Part shown: piece by piece, positions 1 through 12,100 of the stretch
How positions within the stretch are numbered: the first letter of the stretch is position 1
Layout: the number at the start of each line of letters is the position of its first letter
Assembly: GCA_002633005.1 (NCBI GenBank)
Contig: NMRA01001105.1
Location: 1 to 54,251 of the forward strand
Length of the DNA: 54,251 nt
Source: Phoronis australis
Lineage: Eukaryota > Animalia > Phoronida
Reading direction: 5' to 3'
The notes under the pieces: generated by a model
Database searches by the model: none
Seen by the model: the letters and a program-made list of their open reading frames with translations, nothing else
Told to the model about the DNA's origin: nothing
Position numbers and translations under genes: made by a program

Positions 1-71
1 CTCATGTAGTCGGACGTGTTCACGTAGTTGGACGTGCTCATGTTGTCGGACGTGTTTATTTAGTGAACGTG
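1..71. repeat. 18-bp minisatellite running off the window start
   Basis: ctcatgtagtcggacgtg / ttcacgtagttggacgtg / ctcatgttgtcggacgtg plus a degenerate fourth copy. Confidence 0.8.
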
Positions 72-97
72 TATTCTGAACTTTCATGCTCTTACAG

Positions 98-194
98 GAT
101 TGCACCGTTCTGCAGACAAAGAAGTACAGAGTGGGCAGCTGGGCAGACGTAGAGTGTACTGAGAAGAGAGCATACGTCTGTCAGACTTTTAAAA
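98..194 (+). CDS. Lectin gene exon: C-terminal end of CTLD-A
   Basis: cttacag|GAT...AAA A|gtacgt; DCTVLQTKKYRVGSWADVECTEKRAYVCQTFK. Confidence 0.85.
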
Positions 195-3100
195 GTACGT
201 CAAAATTGTGTAGTTTTGAGTATTGTAATTTTATTCTTGTCAGGAAGAGGTTGGCAAATTCAAAATGAACTAAACCAAAAAAGAACCTTCTAATTAGTCA
301 AACTGAGGCAAGTCTGCTCTGTTTGGAGAGAAAGAGGGCGCTACATGTACTTGACTGTAGGTTTGTATGCATGACTATGTTGACAAATCTGTGCAAATCC
401 AAACATCTATATCAGTAAAGGTATACGTTATTTTCTGAAAGTAGAGGGCTATAGAATGTGATTTTTTTTGCTTTCCACTGATCTGTCATTAACTGGGTCA
501 TATGGCCATGTCTTTTCATAAAATTTTATGTGATATTGATTCTCTTTAGATGAGATTTCAAAAACACTTTTACTGCACAGCTCTTAATGTAACCGCTCAT
601 CATTAAAAAAAGTGCACATCAGTGAACAATTTCCGACCAAGACAAAAGTGGCCAATTTCAGTTTGATACTTTCCTTCAGTTGTTTGAAAATCATTCAATC
701 TGTCTTCCAACATAAAAACCATATTTTTGATTTAGACCATTTCCGGTTATGAAATTGGTCCAAAATGTTTCCGTTGATATTCAAATTAGAAGTGATTGCT
801 AGAACTGACAGTTTGTTGCTGCCTGAGAGCAGCGCCCTCTACAAGTTGTCACTCAGTGTGTTATTTTAGACACCAAGCATCAGTTGTCAACTGAATGTTG
901 GATTGTCAGTTTTTCTCTGCCCGCAAGTATTTCTCTTCATTAAAAAACAAAGTGAGACCAATGATATAGTGGTAATTGTTTAAATTGAATGATTGCTTCT
1001 TTAATGGAAAAAAAATTCTGCAATTCGCTTTAAAATTATTCAAATCACCAATTTCATGTCAAAAACACCAAAAAAACAATCACCCCACTAGAGAATCAGG
1101 TGTCAAATTACACCACCTGCAAGTATTATATTATGATGATACATTAATTATCTTGTTATGACCATTTATTGGTTGATACATACTACAGGGCTTGGAATTT
1201 TCCGCGGAAACGCGGATTTCCGCTTTTTTGAAATGTGCTTTCCGCTTTTTTTATAATATTTCCACGTAAAAAAATCGGATTTCATATGAAATTTCCGCGG
1301 CCAATTCCTTTCTTACCGCGGCGTTGCAGACGACATTCACCTCGGAAAGTAGAAGTTGCTCTTTATGGTTCGGAGGAACGTAAATTGTCAACATTGCCGG
1401 GGCATCTGGGTAAAGCGTGGTGTGATTTTCAAAAGCGGCTCGTGTTATTGTTAAGCGCGTCGACAAATACTACCGCTCTGCAGCCAAAATTGTGTGGGTT
1501 GGGAGTGGACGGGCGAGCTAAAAGGACCCAGACGCATGCTACTGATGGTGGTGGTAACGTTTTTACTTTTTTTTTTTTTTTTAGTCCTCCCGATTTCTGT
1601 TGTGGAAAGGTTCACATTGACCATTTCAAAGGCTGGTTATCGGGCATGATTTGGGCCGTAAAAGTTTCCGCGTTTTTTGTCATTGGTCATTCCAAGCCCT
1701 GATACTACACACAATCACCACCAGCCGTTGCGGCACTAGTCATCCTGGATTGTGTTTAGTAACAAAAGTCGCCAGATATTGCTGCTTGTTTTCCTGTGGT
1801 TTATGGTGTAGTAAGGAATGGTGAGACGTTGCGTTATGACCAATATGTGGCTCTTTTCACTTTTCCGCGGGACATATTGGAGAAGCAATGATTTGATGAG
1901 TTTGTACCAGAAACTTGGGTGTTGGTTGACATGACATACTGGCGCTGGGTACGTTCATACATCACACTCATCTCCATAGAGCTGAGAAACTTTCAATTGA
2001 ATTCACTTTGCATTTCTTCTTTCTTCTCATATATTGAATTCGTGATGGTGACACACAGTGCTATAAAGGTCTTAGACTTAGTGATGTTGACAATGTAGTT
2101 ACTTAAAAACCTGAAGTAAATGTTGGTTTTTAGCTGCTTAATTGTTTGTCATCATTTTCATTTTCATTTTACACTAGATTTGACGCATGCGCCACCTGTT
2201 GAGCCTAACCCATGTCGCCTTGGTTACCGACCCTTTGGTGGTAGTTGTTACTTTCTGGACATTAACAAACATGATCGGTCTGTGGCACGACAGTTCTGCC
2301 GGGATCATGGTGGAGACCTTGTGTCCATAAACAATGGCTTTGAGCAGGCATTTGTCCAACAGATGGCTCTGGAGGCAGGCTCGCACATTTGGATTGGACT
2401 AACCAGCAAGGATGTATGTGGTTGAATAAAAATGAATGCTTTAAAGGCAGAGGAACGAGGTTTGAAGTATACTCTCTGCTAAAATTCAAATGGTCTTATT
2501 TACTGAGCCTCATGGCAGGTTGTCATCAAAAGGCTCTCTGTTAAATAATACCCTTTAATTTTTAGCTAATTGTACAGTTTAAATGCCGTTCCTATGTCGT
2601 TACCACAGTAGCTATACTGTAAAGATTGGAACCATTTTAAAGCAGTCTCCTTGCTCCATCGTCCCTCTTTAATGCTGAATAGAGACAGTCAAGTATGGGC
2701 ACTATGTCAACTTGTTTTTAAAGAAAGACGGTTTATGTTGAAGAGTGCAATTAGTTTTCATACAGATTTTGATGTCTGTTGGAGTTTCTATACTGTCTGG
2801 TGTTGTTAGCTCTTAGTACTAGCTACCTGTCGGAAATGTGACAAATTTATTTCAGTCCCTTAAGCATCACCAACTATCGCCATTCTGTCACCTGACACTT
2901 TTATATCTTGAGAGATTTCTGTCATGGCGGGTCTAGCTGCGAGACGTTCTGCAACCCTATCCACCGCCTTGACGAAACCCACATCACCCGGTTACTATAA
3001 CCGTCACCACTGGTCTGTTGGGCAACTGACAAACTCTGTTGCTTTTATTGTTTAGGATGGCTACACGTTCAGGTGGTCTGACAACTGGCCAGTCACATAC

Positions 3101-6100
3101 ACCATGTGGAAGAAGGGTGAGCCCATGCGTGACCCCAAGTCGACCTGTGTGATCATGATGAACCCTGATGGCCTGTGGAATGACACAGTTTGTGACCTCA
3201 GCCTGCCTTCTGTTTGTGAGATTAACCCAAGTAAGATAGGGCTGTGAATTGTGCAGCAAAATTGTTGGACATTAAGGCTTAACGCACAGACAACCAGTTG
3301 TGTCAGCAATCAGATTAATATTTTTTTATGACTAAAAGGAATAGGGCAAGCAACATAATGCACTTCATGCAGTGTGACTTGCTTCTATCCATCTTTACAA
3401 TATTATGTTAGTTTGGTGAAAAACGTTTCATCACATATTCGGAAATAGAACACAGGACTCCAAACCGATTTTTTGTTCACTAGTAACTCGATTTTCTTAG
3501 AGTTGCCTCAAAGCCATTGTGTCTCCCAAATGATTTTGGCCACTTATCATTGTCAATCTTATTTTGAGCTTGGCACTGATAGGCTCACTTATGACTTGAA
3601 AGCCATGTTTAATCATCAACTGTCGACTTGTCAATCATCTGTGACACGTGTTGGCAGATATTGATCTGGAGGTAATTGACGGGAAACTTTGTACAAATCA
3701 CGGTGCCAAGTATATGATAGGATGAATCTCAGCTTTGTGTAAGATTGGATTAATGATTTTTTTTCAAAAATATTCCTTTATTTATTGATTTTTATTTATT
3801 ATTGTGATATTTAAAATGAGGGTGGCCTATTCAGTGATAGCACTGCTTTCCAAGAGGGCCCTTAATTTTACACCTCGTTCAAGTCACCATTGACTTATCT
3901 CAACTTGGTCTTTGCTCATATTATAGACGATTCTAGACTTGTAAAGATCTCTACAATGCATCATTTCTTGAGCCCACAGGTGCAATAGCATGATCTCAAG
4001 CAGCTATAAACTATCTGATCTTTTCAAACTTAGTGATGTAGTTTTGTCATTCTAGCCTCTAATCTAACTAAGAAACAAGTTGACTACTTTTGTCATGTTA
4101 GTCTAAAGTTTGTGCATTTGCCACAAAGCGAGATTATCCCAGCTTTAAACAAAACTTAAGTGTATATATTCACAGTGTTTGATTGACGTCCCCTCTCCTT
4201 ACAGCCACGCCTCCCCCTTTCACAACACCCCCACCTGGTCTCTGCCCCCGCGACTGGCAACCGTTTGGAGCCAACTGCTACTGGTTCCAGGATCGCTACC
4301 GAACCTGGGCAGATGCAGAGCGCGTCTGTCGTTATTTCACCAATCAGACGGGCTCCCTTGTCAGTGTGCATAGCCAGGCAGATGAAGAGTTTGTCATAAG
4401 TATGGTGAACAGCCAGCGTTATCCCGCCGCTGTCTGGGTCGGTCTCAGTCGCCAGCCTGGGGCAGGTGGGTCAGCATTATATGTACATGTATCTTGTGTT
4501 CTGTAGGGTGTTTGTGCTCGTTAGGCTGCTTGTGAAAGTTTTAATAATTAATCCTGTTGTCGCATTGCTGCAAAGATTTTCAGCATAGTACATTCTTTCC
4601 ATTTCATACATTCGTGACATGCGTAATTAATTCATTTCGACTCAGACTTTATACTGGTTGAGATACATCGATGCTAGAAGTCTCAGCCTTGACAATTTTA
4701 GTGCTGAAAAGCTAGCCTATGTATGCAATCAGTTTTTAGGAATATGAACAGGACCTGTTTTANAACACCACCACCCCCTCCATGCCCCAGTGTCTGGTCC
4801 TATGTAAATGGAAAGTGTTACAAGGTAAACTCACTTGACGTTCATCAGAAACCAAGGCTAGTTTACCCTTCATCAGTGCAAAATATCTTGTTACTTTTGG
4901 AAAGTCTACAGACAATGTCAACCTACTGGCCACAGCACACAAAATGGCCGCCACTAGATAGAACTCTGCATAATCGTTGTCTGATTTTTATGCTCTCACA
5001 TATTTATATGTGAGAGCATATTACCATCGATCTCTGCTTGGGTGTCCAGCGTCCGCAGCTGTATCTCCTAAACCACTCACAGGATCATGATGAGATTTGG
5101 CAAATGGGTTCCTATCAAGCTGACGACGAATGACGACAAATTTCAAAGCTTTCTGACTACAGGGGGCCCCCTAGTGGTAATCTTAGTTTTTTACACTCAC
5201 CACTGTATCTTGGGAGGTACTCAACGTATTTTCACAAAATTTGGAATATATGCATCTATTAGTGAGATGACTATTCTCTCATTTGCAGATGGATTCGACG
5301 TAGTTTGGCCATTTTTTACTGTTTTCGAGTTTTTTTACGTCCACCCCTTCATTAATCAAACCGCTCTTAGGATGATTGTGAAAATTGGCATGTATGTTCT
5401 TACTATGAAAATTAAGTATGACTGACGATGATTTTCCAACGACTTCAACTACTGTGGCACCTCCTAGTGGCATTTTTGCGCCCATGGCTGTATCTCCTAA
5501 ACTGTAAGTGTATTATGATGTTGACAACGGACGACGACGACTTGGCAGGGATGGTACTATTGGTTCGCCTCCTAGTGGCAATGTTGCGTCCAAGGCAGGA
5601 TTTGAACCCACGACTTCCAGCACCTTAACCACTACACCACGGAGTCATCGGTTAGTGGTTAAGGTGCTGGATTAGAATAATCTGTACTTTCAGAAGTCGT
5701 GGGTTCAAATCCTGCCTTGGACACAAAATCATACCATGATGAGTGTGCCACACATCCGTGCTCAATTTTCTAAGAATGCAGGAACACCTGACGATGGCCG
5801 GAGAATAGACCGACCGAAATTTCGTGACAGTGTAAATTGACAAGGGGTCAGTGTAAATAGACAAAGAGATTTTAATAGTTGTTCGTGAAATTTGGCAAAT
5901 AATTTTCTAATTGGGAGGTGATAACACCTTTCAGTTATTGGATGAGTTTGAAATATTCTTGGTCATGTAATGGGCATTTTTATTATACTAATAAACACCT
6001 CATTGAAGCATGCTGTTTGCAATGCAGTCGTGGGTGCATTTTCATGCTCTGCATTTCTCTTGTTAGGTTGTTATGTGTTCTAAAATTTATTATTTTAATT

Positions 6101-9100
6101 TTGTGAAATATTCTGGAATAGTTGGTCGGTTACGCAACTCCTTGACATCTAGAAGGTGAAAAGGGACAATTCTGAATCACTGACAAGACATCTGCTCTGC
6201 AGGACATCTGGATGCACATCCTCCAGATGCCCAGATGCCTACTTGTTGCCACCTGTTCAAGGAAACTTTTTTGCAGTTTTCACGCTTTTTGTCCTGTGAA
6301 AGGGTTTCTTTGGTAATAGTGCTCGACTCCTATGCAGCCATGTTTTCTCATACACTCGTGGTAAATCTGCAGAGTTACAATACATACTACTCAGAGAAGA
6401 ACTGGTTCAATGCACGAGACCATTGTGAATCTTTGGGCGCACAACTGGCAAGTTTCCATGACAGTGAGACAGAGAGGCAAGTTATTGCCAAGGAAATGCG
6501 TTCCTCTTACCATGGTGTCCTTTGGTTAGGCTTGAGCTATCCCAATGCATCAACAGGTATGTATGACTCTATGTGGTGCTCTGCTGCTCTCTTGTTGATT
6601 TAAACTAACTCTCGGCCTCTCTTTTAAGTACAAGCTCTTGATTTCCACATTGATGCAGTTGGCTAGGAAGTCGTTTTTCTGAATTGATGGCGTTGAGCGA
6701 TAAAGTGTAAATATTTGAAAAAAAATCGAGGCTTTTAAATGAACTTTGATCTCTGGGGTCACATCAACTTTCACCACAATAATCTGGTCGCAGAAGATTG
6801 CGTGGAATTGTCTTAGTACTCCATAGTGACTGGAAGTGTTTTTGTAAGCCTACATGACCTTTGTTGTGTGTCAAGGTTTGTGTCAAAGGGAGTCAGTCTT
6901 GAACTAAGACCTGTTGGTGGAACGTTTGTTGGCTTATCCAAATTGTCACTTATGGAGTCCTGCGTTTTGAGAATCAGTTCGTTGCCTGTTATTCAGTTCT
7001 CATAATGCAGGACCTCTGAGTGAGGATTGCCACTTTAACCACAAATAAGAGCTCTTCATGCTATAGTCATTCACCACTTGTACACTTTGATGGCATTGTA
7101 AAAAGTGATTGTTGTGCATTGTTTTTCGGGACCCAATGCCTTGTTTTAGCATATCAGTTTTAACTACACAAAGGTGAAAGCGCATGTTCCAAACATGCAG
7201 AACTGTTGTAACTCTGACACTACGCCTTGTTTTCATACAGAATGGCAAATCCTTGTAGATGGTAAATACCTTGACTCACTCTATGCTTGTCGTGATATCA
7301 AGAGATAACCATTAGATTACCTGGACAGGAAACAGTGCCATCTTGTGACAGTTGCACACTTTTCGTGCTGTTTTATGTTTTGAACAACTTTTGCTTACTG
7401 TCTGCCACTGCAGCGCCCGAATGGAGTGATGGAACACCATACGACTACACGAACTGGGAGACTGGCCAGCCAAATAACCATAATGGGGCAGAGCGCTGTG
7501 TTGAGTTCAATGTACGTTCTAAGCAGTGGCGGGACAAGAACTGCGCCGTCACCCAGGGATGGGTGTGTCAGATCGATGCCAACATGCCTCTATGGACGAC
7601 CACACCCACACCTCAGCCAGTGATAAGTGCGTGCGCAGTATTGTGGGAACATTTGCCCTAAAGGAATTTTGAGACACCACCACCACAAGTGACACACATT
7701 GCTATTGATTCAGAGCTCTGCTTTTTTCCAATGCAGTTGACAAATTTATCGAAATTGTTTTGTCTGTTTTCTTGAATAATGTACAGTACATGCCAAAAGT
7801 ATTCAGACAACAATTAACCAGAATTCCCTGTCATGATGGCTGAACCAAAGTATTCAAACAAAAAATACCCAGAATTCCCTGTCATGATGGCTGAACCAAA
7901 GTATTCAAACAAAAATTACCCAGAATTCCCTGTCATGATGGCTGAACCAAAGTATTCAGACAAAAATTACCCAGAATTCAATGTCATGATGGCTGAACCA
8001 AAGTATTCAGAAAAAATGACCCGGAATTCCCTGTTGTGATCCAGAATTTCTCATCATTACCTAGAATGTGTCGTGACAACTGGGCGGGAGCCAGCTTATC
8101 ATCAGGGTAAGGATTGAGGAAAAATTGACAGAAAGGTTTGTAAGGTAGCTAAGCCAGTCTGTCATTATGTTTCTACCGTAATGGTCATTACCTTTCTTCG
8201 ATTTAGGCGATGTGATGGAGAAATGGTATCTTGTCCGATTGATTTGTCTTGTACGGTACAGAGCTTTTAATTTCTCTGTTGAATTTTTGAAGATTCCGTT
8301 CAGACTATGTAGGAACTCATGCTTTGCACTTGCGCTACACATTAGTGTTTTTATTTGCAGCTGATAGTCCCTGTGGCGACCCCAAGTGGATTGCTTACAA
8401 CAACCAATGTTATTATGTCGCCCCTGACTATGGGACTGAGGCGAAGCTCAGCTGGCAGGGGGCGCGTAATTGGTGCATGGTCAGAGGGGCTCATCTCACT
8501 AGTATTCACAACATGGCTGAAAACAACTTCCTTGTTACCATGGTAATAATTAACTTCGGAGTCTTGTAGTATTAGATGTGCATGGGCTCCATAACACCGG
8601 TCACTTGCAAGGCACAATATGATGAGAAAGTTTTGCTTGTGCGACAGAAATAGTAAAATTGTAACATTTTGGTGTTGCTGTTTAATTGTACTCAGCGACA
8701 GATATTTTGTTAATGTACGCTGGTGAGGTCCCGAGGTCTTGTCTCATGCTATCTGGTCACGATGGCCGCATTGTTAGCTGTAAGTCATCTGTATTGAAGA
8801 CTGCACCTTCTAGGCAAAATATCAAAACTCAACATACGCGATCTTCTGAAAGGTTCCATAAGGTTGTTCTTAAGTAGTTCACCTCAGGCTGCCATATCAG
8901 TTACACTAATGGAATGTTCATTTTACTGTTTGTGAGTCATACTGACAGTGTACTGGGGGACTCTGACCTGAAGCTAGCTCAAATTACTTTATTGTTATAG
9001 TGAGTCAGGTTTGATGCTTGAAAATGAATTGTTTACGGGAAAGACAATTTCACCCCCATTATATACAGATGAGGGTATAAACAATGTTTAAGTGTAGTCC

Positions 9101-12100
9101 TAGATTGATTTTTAACCCAAGTCAACTAAATCCACAGAGTGAAGCCCATGCTCAGAATGATGTCTCTACTTTCATAAAAGAAAATGGGCAAAGTTAAAAT
9201 GTGCGTGAGATCAAGGTAACCAGGGCGGCTACGTCCATAGGGTGGGTTTTCAAATCCGTCATATTCGCCTAATGTTTTCTGGTTCATGCTTTTCAGCTGG
9301 GCAAGAAGAGTAGGCAGGAGAAGATGTGGATTGGATTGAATAAGCTGAATCATGCTGGATGGCAGTAAGTCTAAATTTATTTACCTTCCATCGTAGAATT
9401 GGAACATCTGACATCACCTCCATGGTGTTGTCTGGGAGATTCGTCCACATTCAATCTAAATCTGACATTTCTGTGTGGACAGTTACAAGGGGCAACACTT
9501 AGGAGTGGAAAATCACTGACTAAACATTATTGAGGACCTTCTTAGAAAGCTGTGTTCGACATTGATGTGCTTGCTCTTAGTCAACTAGGTAGAATTTGAA
9601 CTGTCTGGCCCACGGAATCCAACCGTTGTGAGTTAGGTATATCCTGAAAGATTCCGTGTCAGACAAATCTGCAATTATATTGACTGGTAGCTTAAATTCA
9701 TGAGCCCGTCTGATTTTAGAAGGGTTTGCAACCTGCTAAATAAATCTGAATGATTTGCGCATGCGCAAATAGCACCTATAAGTTATCAAGACACTGGCAG
9801 CTTTGGTAGTTGCTTGAAATATGACGTAGTGATTGTTTGAGTGTGTTGCTTTCACTGGCTATGTCGACTGGCTAGTATAGTTATTTGGTTGACTATTTCA
9901 GTATCATCCAAAACTTCCAGCTCATGTCTGTCTACTGGTGATTCTTTGTGCAGAATATAGTAATTCTCATCAGTTTTGCATCTTTCAATGACTTTGTCCT
10001 TGCCTTCTGTCTAGGCTGGTAAACAAAGTGATTAGGAACAACTTCCTACAATTTTGCCACATAGTTATCTAGTGGCAGTTTCCTCAATTTAAATCAATTT
10101 GTTTTTGTCACATTTCACCCTGTCTAGCTCATTAAAAGAAACAAAATGGACTTAGGCCTTTTACTCTTAATTAGTCTTGTAATATCTTATAATATATCTT
10201 GGCTTTTGTGTTCCTACTGAAAAGAGCTTGGCTGATGGGATGATGAGTTTTGGATGGTTCACATTACTATGGCGCCCCCTATTGCAAAGTTTATTGTCCT
10301 GTGGCTCAATATCTACCAAGTTTCTCGATGTGGCATGGTATGTGCTCGTATTGACGAGAGTACAGCTGACATGGATTTTGGGGTGAAGCATATTGGTGTG
10401 GAGTCATCCTGTGGTAACTTTGGTTGTCATGGCGTTTGTCACAATATCTGTCAAGTTCCTTGACGAATGTTCAGAATTTTGCATTCAGTTACTAACATGG
10501 AGGCATCAGAACCTGTCCCCTAGTGGTAGTTTTTATTTTTGCATTCTGTTCTTCTTTGTCCGCCTCCCTATCTGTGAAACTGTTTGCAGGAAGATGATGT
10601 GTGTTCCTGTCAAGAAATCATTGTTAATTATATGCTTCGCACTCCGTAGAGGCAATTTGTCAATGCTCCGTCTAGCTCTTATGTTAATTATCTCGTGGGC
10701 AGTGTTATTGCTTTTCCTGTGAAATTAAAATAATTGTTTTGACGTCCTTGGGCAGGAAACTGTAATTATGCTATTGAGTGTTATTCTTGTGTGCGACCGA
10801 GCAAAAAGTATGCCACTAAATTGGTTGCTTTAATTCAAATAGTGAAAATGAAACGGTCTTTGTAGTGATGGTTTAACCAAGTCTATGTGTTCACGATGTT
10901 TTGTTTGTACATACTACACTGGGTATATAAGGATTAGTGCTACCAGGCCGTTCCAGAATTTCTAAGAATAAATATCAAGTCATAAGACTTTAAGATCAGT
11001 GTACAAAACTGACAATTCCAGAATGCAGTGTTTTGTGCTGGTCTTTTTGTATTTTGTTTTCTTTAGTTTGCCCATCAATAAAGGCATTGAAGTTGCTATG
11101 TCTCATTAAAACCATAAATATTTAAATTTGTAGCAAGCGCCACCTAGTGACTTCCTGGAGAACTGTGTGAACAGGCATAATTTGGAAAAAAAAACAATTT
11201 GTAAATAAAGCAGTTTTAAAGAAAACTCCAAAACTGATACACTTAAAAACAGTGTGAACACAGAAGACATTTAAGTTAGTAATTCCAAATATTACGCAAT
11301 CGTTATTTGACAGGGAAATGAACAAATAGTAAAAACTGTACCATGTTTTATTAAGGTAACGATATTATCATACTCATTTACATAAAAATAGTCTCTCAAT
11401 GCGAGACTTTTGCGAGATTGTAATGATAACTGGATCTCCGATGGTTTCTGGCACACCGGAAGACCTGGGGTTTGTACACTTGTACTTCATTTGCATATTC
11501 ACAATTTAATGAGACATAGCATTTTTAACTGTTTGTGTAGGTTGATATTTATTTATTTCAACATCAGCCATTGGCTAGAACTGTACAGCGTACTATCTGA
11601 AATTTGTTTGGAAGCATGGAGCTGAAATACTTTGCAAGTGAAGCAATGCTCATGGCAATATTTTGATCATCTATGAATGATTTTTTTTTCTATTTGTTGT
11701 TGTAAGCTAGTCTTTTCCTGTCAATTTGCAATCCTAAATGTAGGTGGGCAGATGGTTCGCCTACGGACATGATCAACTGGTCGGAAAATGAACCTAATGA
11801 TGTGATTGGTGGACAGAGTTGTGTGGATCTGTACATCTTCAATGGTAAGACAAGGCAATGGTAGTTGCTTTTCAAAGTTCTTGTTAAGTTTTCACGGACT
11901 ACGGTGACGTGTTCACATCTGCTAGTACTGTAGGTTGACTCACTCTTTTTTCAAATTCAATACAAGAGTCACGTAATGCTCTCTGTGTATCTGTTGTTCA
12001 CTTACTCCCTCTATGGGCCACAAGTGAAGTTTGATGATGTTACATTATTGCATGAAAATAAAGCCAGAAAAGTTTAATGTTGTGCTGGTTTGGTGTATAC

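Noticed and set aside
1235-1702. 155-aa ORF
   Set aside because: Lies within the TIR-bounded MITE, crosses a T16 run and has no recognisable domain.
5641-5722. Functional tRNA gene
   Set aside because: A/B boxes are present, but the acceptor and anticodon stems do not pair properly; treated as a SINE-like head.
7833-8039. Repetitive ORF (MMAEPKYSNKNYPEFPV)n or a CRISPR-like array
   Set aside because: Head-to-tail 51-bp units with no unique spacers, inside an intron whose flanking exons join in phase; no cas genes and a eukaryotic context.
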